This document shows, in pieces, positions 38,098 through 46,118 of a DNA stretch of 64,000 nucleotides. The notes beneath the pieces are model-generated. The model saw only the letters and a program-made list of their open reading frames with translations. It searched no databases and was not told the origin of the DNA. This stretch comes from Bacilli bacterium. Lineage in GTDB: Bacteria > Bacillota_I > Bacilli_A > RFN20 > CAG-826. Location of the stretch: NCBI GenBank assembly GCA_050952725.1, contig JBMNLN010000001.1, positions 415,638-479,637 on the forward strand, in the 5' to 3' direction. Each line of letters starts with the position of its first letter. Within the stretch, counting starts at the first letter, position 1. The position numbers and the translations under genes were made by a program.

Positions 38098-39037
38098 AGA
38101 TTATTTCTCTCACCTTCGAGATGCAATTGGGGCGACAAGGCTCACTTTTCAAGAGGGCAAAGCCAAAGGTATGGAGGTGATCATCGCCCATAATGGTGTT
38201 TTGACAATGTATATCTTGCCAGAACGCGGCATGGATCTTTATCGCCTGGAATATAAGGGGGAAAACGTCGCTTATATCAGTCCCAATGGTCCAGTAAGCC
38301 CCTTTTATTTAGGGAGTGAAGGAAACCCTTTCGCTGCGACTTTTATCGGCGGTTTTCTTTTAACTTGTGGTTTGGATAATGTGATGGGACCAGAAGAGAA
38401 AAACGGAAAAACATTAGTGCAGCACGGATCATATACCTATATCCCAGCTCGCGATCTAAAAATTGACACTATCGAAGAAGATGAAATACGTTTGGAAATC
38501 AGCGGGAAAATGGAGATGACTGCCATTTTTGGCACAAGAATCACTCTCAAGAGAACGATTATCTTAAACTATGGTGAACCCACATTTACTTTAAGAGATG
38601 AGATTAGTAACGAAGGCGATCAAGAGGATGAATACATGGTGATGTATCATCATAATTTAGGCTACCCCCTCTTTAATGAAAGAAGTGTTCTCAAAGTAGA
38701 TAATCATAAAATAAGCAAAATTAGCGATAATGCAATAATCGATCAATTTGATGTGTTTGATTTGCCTAAGCGCAACATCGAAGAAGAAGTCTTTCTCCAT
38801 TCAATTAATAAAGGAGAGAAAGAACACGTCTCATTAGAAAACGAAAATTATCGATTAACAATTGCCTGGAACCAAAAACATCTTCCCTACATGGTGCAAT
38901 GGAAATGTCTGCAAAAAAACAATTATGTTCTGGGATTAGAGCCAGCGATGTCCCCTTATCCGCAGAAAAAATATCGTCAAATAAAACCAGAAGAAAAACA
39001 CGAATATCAATTAAAATACCAATTTACTGATAAATAA
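38090..39037 (+). CDS. DUF4432/aldose-1-epimerase-like protein
   Basis: ATG (MNKDYFSHL) 5 codons inside the TTG-initiated track ORF, overlapping the aldolase stop. Mutarotase-like beta-sandwich composition. Confidence 0.5.
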   Translation: MNKDYFSHLRDAIGATRLTFQEGKAKGMEVIIAHNGVLTMYILPERGMDLYRLEYKGENVAYISPNGPVSPFYLGSEGNPFAATFIGGFLLTCGLDNVMGPEEKNGKTLVQHGSYTYIPARDLKIDTIEEDEIRLEISGKMEMTAIFGTRITLKRTIILNYGEPTFTLRDEISNEGDQEDEYMVMYHHNLGYPLFNERSVLKVDNHKISKISDNAIIDQFDVFDLPKRNIEEEVFLHSINKGEKEHVSLENENYRLTIAWNQKHLPYMVQWKCLQKNNYVLGLEPAMSPYPQKKYRQIKPEEKHEYQLKYQFTDK

Positions 39038-39073
39038 GACATCTAATCAAAAAATAAAAACATCACCGCGAAG

Positions 39074-39116
39074 CATTGACAATCCGCTCTTTTTTGCGAG
39101 TAATCAAATTGTCAAT
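39074..39116. promoter_or_regulatory. Inverted repeat (9-bp arms) in the leader of the defence-like gene, candidate operator
   Basis: ATTGACAAT (39075..39083) ... ATTGTCAAT (39108..39116), reverse complements 24 nt apart. Not terminator-like because there is no GC stem or T-run. Confidence 0.3.
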
Positions 39117-39296
39117 TATCGCGCGGTTACTTTTGATGAAAAAGTTTTTTAAGGAACACTTAATTTAAAAAACAAACTATTTGTTTTTGAAAAACAAAGA
39201 TAATCGAATGAATAAGAATAACTGACATTAGTTATCACAATTGCAGTTAAGCAACTTTTTCTGGATCAGAAGATCTTGAGCTGCTAATCTAATAGT

Positions 39297-40526
39297 ATGC
39301 TAAAAGAATTATTTGGATTTGTATTAAATAATTACATTAATGAGTACAAAAAAGCGGAAAAATCCGACCCGAACTACAATGTTTTAATGCAGCAAATTCC
39401 CGCAGCGCTTAACGCACTTTTTCCAATGCGCAAGGATTTGCTCATCTCGGGATCTTGTGGGATTGGACAAAAAACCGACTACCCGTGGGTGGCGATTTTT
39501 AATCGTAACCTTACCACCACGGCCCAAAGAGGGCTATATATGGTTTATTTGTTTAAAAAAGATATGTCAGGCTTTTATTTATCTTTGCATCAAGGGATTA
39601 CTTATTTTGAAAAGCGCTTTAAACGTAAAAGATATCAATATGCAAGAAAAGTCGCCGATTATTTCCGTAGTGAAATCGGAGATGAATATTTCGATCGCGG
39701 TGAGATTGATTTACTCGCTTCATCAGCGTCGCTTGGTCGGGGATATCAAGAAACGAATATTCTTTCGAAATACTACGCGAAAGATTCATTCACTAGTGAA
39801 GAAATAGAGAAAGATCTATTGAAAATGCTTGCCATTTACGATGAGTTGGTCGGAGTTCTCGGTGAAGATAACTACGATTATAATAACGCGATTAATAAGA
39901 TTGTCTTTGATGTTCAAGACGCCTTTGAAGATGCAGTTTCAGGGATTGATAATATCAAAAAAGCAATTAGTTCCCCGAAAGATGTCAATGTTATTCGAAC
40001 ACTCCGATATATTGAGCCGCAAGAGAAGAGAACGAAAAAGTACTCCAAGATTAGAAGCACGGGTTCGGTAAGAAAAATCGACTATATTGAGAAAGCGAAA
40101 ACCGATGCCGAAGTTGGACTATTGGGGGAGATGCTCGCTCTTTCTTATGAACGGGAAAGGTTGATTAGGGAAGGTCACAGCGATTTAGCGGATAAAGTTC
40201 GTCATGTCGCCTCGGTTTCGGATGCCTTTGGTTACGATATCATCTCCTATCAATTAATCGGTTTAGAAATGAAAGAAGTTTATATCGAAGTTAAAACGAC
40301 AACCAACAAGTTGGATGTCGATTTTCCGGTGAGCAAAAATGAAGTTTTAACCTCGAACGAGAAGAAAGATCGTTATTGTATCTTTAGAATTTATGATGCG
40401 AAAAGCGTGACTCCTTTGTTTTATAAAGTATTTGGCAAAATTGAAGAACACTTTGAATTAGACCCCGTATCTTATATGGCTAGATATGTTGGTAAAAGAC
40501 AAACAATTAAGCAAATACCGCTATAA
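39297..40526 (+). CDS. DUF3578 (McrB/MrcB N-terminal-like DNA-binding domain) plus DUF3883 fusion protein, candidate modification-dependent restriction/defence protein
   Basis: N-terminal SGSCGIGQKTDYPWVAIFNRN ... GLYMVYLF matches the MrcB_N/DUF3578 core. C-terminal GLLGEMLALSYERERL ... FGYDIISYQ ... YIEVKTTTNKLDVDFPVSKNEV ... YCIFRIYD matches DUF3883. No SD sequence; AT-rich leader. Confidence 0.7.
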   Translation: MLKELFGFVLNNYINEYKKAEKSDPNYNVLMQQIPAALNALFPMRKDLLISGSCGIGQKTDYPWVAIFNRNLTTTAQRGLYMVYLFKKDMSGFYLSLHQGITYFEKRFKRKRYQYARKVADYFRSEIGDEYFDRGEIDLLASSASLGRGYQETNILSKYYAKDSFTSEEIEKDLLKMLAIYDELVGVLGEDNYDYNNAINKIVFDVQDAFEDAVSGIDNIKKAISSPKDVNVIRTLRYIEPQEKRTKKYSKIRSTGSVRKIDYIEKAKTDAEVGLLGEMLALSYERERLIREGHSDLADKVRHVASVSDAFGYDIISYQLIGLEMKEVYIEVKTTTNKLDVDFPVSKNEVLTSNEKKDRYCIFRIYDAKSVTPLFYKVFGKIEEHFELDPVSYMARYVGKRQTIKQIPL

Positions 40527-40540
40527 AACGATGTTGAAGA

Positions 40541-41050
40541 TTAACGATGATTAAAATCAATAAATTTATTTCGGACGTGAAAGTTATCGCATAAGGTCGG
40601 TTCAAGGGCGAGTAAAATGTAATTGGATTTTATCCCCTTGGTTTCAATTCGATAAACATTGTGTTTTATATTTTGATAATCAGCGAAAGCAGTTAGATCG
40701 ATTCTAATTTCAACTTCGTAGTCGTCACCTTCAATTTTGCTTTTGGCAAAGAAAAAGTCTTTTTTGATAAACTCAAGGTGGTCATGGTATTTTTTTGCAA
40801 CAAAAGTCGCACCATTAGGGGCGACTTCAAATTCATAATAGAAGTCTGGATCGCCAAGGTCGAGAAAAACTTCAACCACATCACCGCGATATAATTCATC
40901 GTTATCAATCTCGGAATAACTATTGAGGGAAGAATCAAAGGCTTTAATTTTATAAATTAAAACATCAGCTTCTCTTCGAAAGGAAACCAGCGTTTTAACT
41001 TGAGGTTCTCCCCCAGTGCGACTATCTTGAAGAAGCTTCATATGAATCAT
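40541..41050 (-). CDS. Cytoplasmic CBM9/DOMON-like beta-sandwich protein, unknown role
   Basis: 169 aa, no signal peptide. GDVVEVFLDLGDPDFYYEFEVAPNG resembles the CBM9-like fold. Convergent with the defence-like gene, gap 14 nt. Confidence 0.4.
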   Translation of the reverse strand: MIHMKLLQDSRTGGEPQVKTLVSFRREADVLIYKIKAFDSSLNSYSEIDNDELYRGDVVEVFLDLGDPDFYYEFEVAPNGATFVAKKYHDHLEFIKKDFFFAKSKIEGDDYEVEIRIDLTAFADYQNIKHNVYRIETKGIKSNYILLALEPTLCDNFHVRNKFIDFNHR

Positions 41051-41254
41051 ATTAGAGGAATTTGCGAAGAGATAGAAGATTTTTGAAAAGGTTTTAAATG
41101 TTTAATAAGTTTTTATTCCGCATTCCTTTTGATCACGATTGCGGTAATAATGTCTTAGTTTATAAATTATGACATATAGATTATTTCTCAGAGATGCAAT
41201 TGGAGCGGCTTTTCTTTTTGCAAATGCCTTATAATATTAAGCGAGGTAATTGAT

Positions 41255-41512
41255 ATGAAAAAAATCGTGCTATTAGGCGATTCAATCCGCATGATTGGCT
41301 ATGGAACGATAATCCAAGAATATCTTCCAAAAGACCTTGAAGTTTGGCAAGAATATGAAAAAATAGTCTCCAAAGAAGATGACAATGTCCGCATTGAGAT
41401 GCTTGAAAGATTCGCCTTTTATGAACGCGCTAAAAAGGCTTATGTGGTAATTGCTACGGGTGAAGAGAGAACTTATACAAACATCGTCTTAAAGAAAGGT
41501 GTGATTAAATAA
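41255..41512 (+). CDS. 85-aa protein with SGNH/GDSL block-I-like N-terminus; possible remnant of an SGNH hydrolase gene
   Basis: MKKIVLLGDSI resembles the GDS(I) block of the two SGNH hydrolases at 43396 and 44077 but lacks blocks III and V. A -10-like TATAAT lies upstream. Confidence 0.3.
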   Translation: MKKIVLLGDSIRMIGYGTIIQEYLPKDLEVWQEYEKIVSKEDDNVRIEMLERFAFYERAKKAYVVIATGEERTYTNIVLKKGVIK

Positions 41513-41513
41513 A

Positions 41514-42470
41514 ATGATTGCGATTGGCATTGATATCGGTGGCACCTCGATTAAAGGGGCGGCGATTACAGAGAAAGGAAAAGTATTAGAAGTTTTTTCC
41601 TTACCCGTTATCGCTGGTGATAGCCAAGAAACAACAATTAACAATTTAATTGCCACGGTGAAAAAATACATCGTAGAACAAGGGTTCAAGCAAGAAGAAA
41701 TCCTCGGAATTGGCTTGGGTGTTCCTGGAAGTATCGATTCAGTGCGCGGCTATTGCGATTATTCCAATAATTTAAAATGGTCCAATCTTCCGATTGTGAA
41801 GATGTTTGAAAAAGAATTTGCTTTGCCGATTAAAATTACCAATGATGCCAATGCGGCTGCCTTAGGTGAAGCGAAATTTGGTGCAGGCAGAAAATTTAAA
41901 AACATGATTCTTCTCACCTTGGGCACCGGTGTCGGCGGCGGGATTATCATCGATGGTAAACTCTATGAAGGAAACGCGGGGAAAGGGGCCGAATTAGGCC
42001 ACACTGTCACCAAAATGAATGGGAGAAAATGCACTTGTGGTCGCAAAGGTTGCTTAGAAGCATATGCTTCGGCGACTGGATTGATTTTTGATACTAAACA
42101 AGCAATGAAAAAAGATAACAAATCTTTAATGTGGAAAATAAGTAAAGAACTCGGCATCATCGATGCTCGCGTGGCCTTTGAGGCGGCAAAACAAGGCGAT
42201 CAAACCGCACAAAAGGTCGTGGATAATTACATTATGTATTTAGGAGAAGGGCTATTGAACTTCTTTAATATTTTCCGTCCTGAGGCCGTGGTACTCTCGG
42301 GAGGAATTGCAAATCAAGGCGAATATCTCTTCGGTCGCTTAGATGCGTATTGCCAAGAAAGAAAATACGGCTTTGAATGTACGCCTGCAGTTAAAATTCT
42401 CGGTTCAGAATTAGGCTATGATTCAGGCAAGATTGGGGCAGCAGCCTTGTTTTTCCAAGGAGATTTTTAA
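41514..42470 (+). CDS. glcK: ROK-family glucokinase
   Basis: IGIDIGGTSIKGA ... GIGLGVPG ... zinc motif CTCGRKGCLEAY. 318 aa. Confidence 0.85.
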   Translation: MIAIGIDIGGTSIKGAAITEKGKVLEVFSLPVIAGDSQETTINNLIATVKKYIVEQGFKQEEILGIGLGVPGSIDSVRGYCDYSNNLKWSNLPIVKMFEKEFALPIKITNDANAAALGEAKFGAGRKFKNMILLTLGTGVGGGIIIDGKLYEGNAGKGAELGHTVTKMNGRKCTCGRKGCLEAYASATGLIFDTKQAMKKDNKSLMWKISKELGIIDARVAFEAAKQGDQTAQKVVDNYIMYLGEGLLNFFNIFRPEAVVLSGGIANQGEYLFGRLDAYCQERKYGFECTPAVKILGSELGYDSGKIGAAALFFQGDF

Positions 42471-43384
42471 TGAAATTAATCAAACTCACACCCGCGGTTA
42501 AATCTTATCTTTGGGGAGGGGACTTCTTTCAAAAATACGGCAAATTTCCAGAGACGAAGATTATTTCTGAACTTTGGGAATTATCAGTTCGCCCCGGAAA
42601 CTCATCGCTGATCGCCTCAGGCGCATTTAGAGGAAAACCACTCGCGGAAGTTTTAACCACAAAAGAAGTCGGTCGAGCGTCTGAACGCTTTCCTTTTTTT
42701 CCAATCCTGATTAAATTAATTGACGCCAAAGAGAATTTATCCGTCCAAGTTCATCCAAATGATGAATATGCGCTCAAACATGAAAACTCTTTTGGCAAAT
42801 CAGAAATGTGGTATATTATCTCGGCCGACGAAGGTGCAGGACTTTATGTTGGCTTTAATGATGATTACGCCCCAAAAGAAATTGAAGAACATTTAAACAA
42901 AGGGACCATTCTTCAAACTCTAAATTTCTTCAAAGTAAAACCAGGCGATTGTTTTATTATTAATCCTGGAACGATTCATGCGATTGGCCAAGGAGTGCGC
43001 TTGCTGGAAATTCAACAAAATTCCGACTTGACCTATCGCCTTTATGATTATAATCGCACAGAAAAAGATGGTAAACCACGAGAACTTCATATTCAAAAAG
43101 CACTCAAAGTCTTAAATTATTCTAAGTATGTCCATCATAAAACTTCAAGTTCCGTTCTTGCGGATAATCAATATTTCACGGTGGAACATCACCCAATTAA
43201 ACAAGAATTAATCATTAATAAATCGAATTCTTTTGTTGCTTTCACTTTTCTATCAGGAGAAGGAAAAGTTGACGACTTGGAATATCGTTCATTTGATACA
43301 TTCTTTTTACCAGCGGGCCAAACTTGCAAAATTAATGGTCATGGCGAGATAATCATGACTTATATTACTGACGATAAAAAATAA
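42470..43384 (+). CDS. manA: Mannose-6-phosphate isomerase, class I (cupin)
   Basis: QVHPNDEYA and GTIHAIGQGV motifs of Bacillus-type PMI. Start overlaps the glcK stop. Confidence 0.8.
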   Translation: MKLIKLTPAVKSYLWGGDFFQKYGKFPETKIISELWELSVRPGNSSLIASGAFRGKPLAEVLTTKEVGRASERFPFFPILIKLIDAKENLSVQVHPNDEYALKHENSFGKSEMWYIISADEGAGLYVGFNDDYAPKEIEEHLNKGTILQTLNFFKVKPGDCFIINPGTIHAIGQGVRLLEIQQNSDLTYRLYDYNRTEKDGKPRELHIQKALKVLNYSKYVHHKTSSSVLADNQYFTVEHHPIKQELIINKSNSFVAFTFLSGEGKVDDLEYRSFDTFFLPAGQTCKINGHGEIIMTYITDDKK

Positions 43385-43418
43385 AAAAGGCTCCATTATT
43401 TGAAGCCTTTTTTGGTAA
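43384..43418. terminator. Bidirectional terminator between convergent manA and the SGNH hydrolase
   Basis: AAAAAGGCT-ccattatttga-AGCCTTTTT plus T-run. The loop overlaps the stop of the minus-strand gene. Confidence 0.5.
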
Positions 43419-44043
43419 GATAAGCGATTAGTTCATCAGCGATGACTTGATGGCCTTTATCGTTAGGATGAAGACCATCATGAAAGAATTCACTTGGTTG
43501 CTGGGTATCGGGCATGGGAATTCCTTCAATTACGAGATAATCAATTCCATAATGTCCACAGACTTGTTTGATGGCCTGGCGATATTCTTTTAAGCGAGGT
43601 ACCGTGCGGTTAAGAGGATGGTGATCACTTTTGGGATTATTTTCGTTATAGCGATACAGCGGTAAGATAAAGCAAATTTTTTCTTTGGGAAGCTTACCGA
43701 CAATCAACAGATAATCGATAAGTTGTTTAAGCGCTCCATAAAAAGTGTAAGGAGTAACATCACCAAACTTTCCTAAAGGGGCATCACCATGTCCCCAGTC
43801 ATTGGTGCCTCCAAACACAAAAAGCATGTCGCAAGTATAGTCAATCCATCGCGCTCTTAAAATAAAATCTTCATCAGGATTAGTGGGAACATGAACCCTT
43901 TGACGGGCAATCCGCGTACCCGAAACCCCATAATTTAATTCTTTAGCATTGAAATGTTTACAAACTAATTCGGGATATCTTTTGTTGTTGATTTTAAAAA
44001 CTAAATTATCAGTAATTGAGTCGCCTAAGAATACTATTTTCAT
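43396..44043 (-). CDS. SGNH/GDSL hydrolase (probable carbohydrate acetylesterase)
   Basis: MKIVFLGDSITDN (block I), GTND (block III), DGLHPNDKGH (block V). Confidence 0.8.
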   Translation of the reverse strand: MKIVFLGDSITDNLVFKINNKRYPELVCKHFNAKELNYGVSGTRIARQRVHVPTNPDEDFILRARWIDYTCDMLFVFGGTNDWGHGDAPLGKFGDVTPYTFYGALKQLIDYLLIVGKLPKEKICFILPLYRYNENNPKSDHHPLNRTVPRLKEYRQAIKQVCGHYGIDYLVIEGIPMPDTQQPSEFFHDGLHPNDKGHQVIADELIAYLTKKGFK

Positions 44044-44076
44044 GATTTACCTTTCTTTCCATGTATCAATGCTTAT

Positions 44077-44685
44077 TCAGATATTTTTAACTAAGTCAAT
44101 TAAATATTCGCCATGAATTTCGCCAATAAATTCATGTCCTTTTGGCGATAAATGTAAACCATCAACAAAGTAAGATTTAGGATCGTTACTTAGATAGGCA
44201 TTGAAAAACAAGCCATCAAGAGGGATAAAAGCATCAGCGTATTTCAACATCTCTAAACGAATAATTTCCTGAAACTCAATAAGAGTTGGTCGTGCTTCAT
44301 AACGCTTATAAATATCAACGGGACAAAGATAGGGTTCGACCACAATAAGACGGGCTTCGTATTGTTTAATCAATTTTAAAATTGCTGTGTAGTTTTCCTG
44401 GAAAAAAAGAGGAGTATAATTTGCTCGAGAATCGTTTACGCCAATAAAAAGCGAGACGATATCAGGTTGATATTTTATTAGTTCTCTTTCAAGCCTTTTG
44501 CGCACATCATCGGTTTTACTGCCCGCTACCGCCTCATTAAAAAAGACGAATTCAATATTTGGGAAAGCGGTTATAACTTTGTTGGCACTGATAAAAGGAT
44601 AGCCCTTTCCAAGCGAAGCATCGGTTTTTTCAAATGAATTAGCTGTGAGGCTATCACCTTCGAATAAAATGGTTATTTTTTTCAT
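44077..44685 (-). CDS. SGNH/GDSL hydrolase (second copy)
   Basis: LFEGDSLTAN, GVNDS, DGLHLSPKGH blocks. Confidence 0.8.
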   Translation of the reverse strand: MKKITILFEGDSLTANSFEKTDASLGKGYPFISANKVITAFPNIEFVFFNEAVAGSKTDDVRKRLERELIKYQPDIVSLFIGVNDSRANYTPLFFQENYTAILKLIKQYEARLIVVEPYLCPVDIYKRYEARPTLIEFQEIIRLEMLKYADAFIPLDGLFFNAYLSNDPKSYFVDGLHLSPKGHEFIGEIHGEYLIDLVKNI

Positions 44686-44729
44686 ATTTAAATAATAGCA
44701 AATTTAATCATCGAGTTAATGTTTTGGTC

Positions 44730-46010
44730 TCATATCTTCACATTTAGAATATCGAAAACAGTAGCATTGGAGTTATGGAAAGTTTCTGCACCATTAAGAG
44801 CAATGCGGAGCACTAGATATAATTTGTCTTTTTCAATGAAGAATGAAGGGTATTGAACCCCGTTTAAATCTTTATCAAGATGAGTGATATCATCGATTAT
44901 TTTTACTTCATCCCATTTTTCTAAGTCGCAAGACCGATATAATTTCATTACTTGTCTTGGGAAGCAAGTGGTGTTTCCCATCGCATAATAATAACCTTGA
45001 TATTTTTCTATGTAGAACTTGCACCACCCACACTCCATATCTATTGTTTTTTCAAAGCGAAGTTCGTTTGATTGCAGGTCATAATGCAAAACAAGAGCGG
45101 TTTGATAAGCAAAGCGCAGAAAGACATATATTTGATTATTATATTCGACAATATTTCCTTCCTCCGCATAGCGCATCGTTTGATCACCGCCCCAAGCAAA
45201 ATCGGGAACAATTTCATTGGAAATGCGCCACGAAGCAGGATGCATTAATCCAGAGCGAATATTACCGCTTGCCACTTTAACATGGGATTCATTGTCTCCA
45301 ACCACGCCGCGGAAAGCAAAAACAATATATTTATCGTCGACTAATATTTGAGTAGGTGATGTTCTACCTTCTTCAACAATGGTTACCGATTCTCCCCAAT
45401 TAAAACCATCGTTAGATTTAATTAGGTCAATGGAGTTATCGAATAAATTGCTGCCATAGAAATAAAGTTCATTGTTAACTACAAATAATCTTCCCCATTG
45501 GGAGGGGACAAAATCGCAGACAAATTGCCAAGATTTTCCTTCATCTTCTGAGACAAATAACATGGTCGCGGTATGACCATTGTCTTTGGTTCCACCATTT
45601 TTAAAGATGTCCATCGTCACCCATAATTTTCCTTGAAAACGGATGATAAAAGGTGAACCTAAGAAGTTCCCACTATGGGCATATTGGGTTTCTTCTTTGT
45701 CGACATAATTGATAACATCATGGAGAAAATCCCCAGTATGAAATTTTCTAATTGCGCTTTTGTTCTTTTTAGAGATGATTTGAACTGTTAACTCCGACTG
45801 TTCAGGGAGATGATTAATCGTAACGCTTTTTTCTTGCGTTGTTACTTTCTGAAATATCTTTTTATTTTTGCGAACTATAATAGTGAAGTCTTGATCTTCA
45901 CTTGCAAAGTTGACAGTCACTGAATTTTTACCAGGCGCTAAACGGTTAATAAAAATGCCATATTCAAAATCATCTTGTTTATAGGGTTTATAACACTTTA
46001 AGGGATTCAT
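44730..46010 (-). CDS. BNR/Asp-box beta-propeller protein (sialidase-like fold), cytoplasmic
   Basis: Asp-box SEDEGKSW and other propeller-like repeats. No signal peptide. 426 aa. Confidence 0.45.
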   Translation of the reverse strand: MNPLKCYKPYKQDDFEYGIFINRLAPGKNSVTVNFASEDQDFTIIVRKNKKIFQKVTTQEKSVTINHLPEQSELTVQIISKKNKSAIRKFHTGDFLHDVINYVDKEETQYAHSGNFLGSPFIIRFQGKLWVTMDIFKNGGTKDNGHTATMLFVSEDEGKSWQFVCDFVPSQWGRLFVVNNELYFYGSNLFDNSIDLIKSNDGFNWGESVTIVEEGRTSPTQILVDDKYIVFAFRGVVGDNESHVKVASGNIRSGLMHPASWRISNEIVPDFAWGGDQTMRYAEEGNIVEYNNQIYVFLRFAYQTALVLHYDLQSNELRFEKTIDMECGWCKFYIEKYQGYYYAMGNTTCFPRQVMKLYRSCDLEKWDEVKIIDDITHLDKDLNGVQYPSFFIEKDKLYLVLRIALNGAETFHNSNATVFDILNVKI

Positions 46011-46118
46011 ATGTTTATTTTCTCATTTAATTTTTTGAGAATTCTCCTTTTTGAAAATAATTGGGATTTGTGCAGGAATTTCCTCTAAAACCGCATAGTT
46101 TTCTAGATTATAGGGAGA

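Noticed and set aside
39038-39296. A small RNA, riboswitch or tRNA in the 259-bp AT-rich gap (also checked 35516..35759, 41051..41254 and 63637..63824)
   Set aside because: No tRNA-like GC-rich cloverleaf stems or T-loop (GGTTCGAAT-type) motif, no conserved riboswitch cores recognised, and only AT-rich hairpins.
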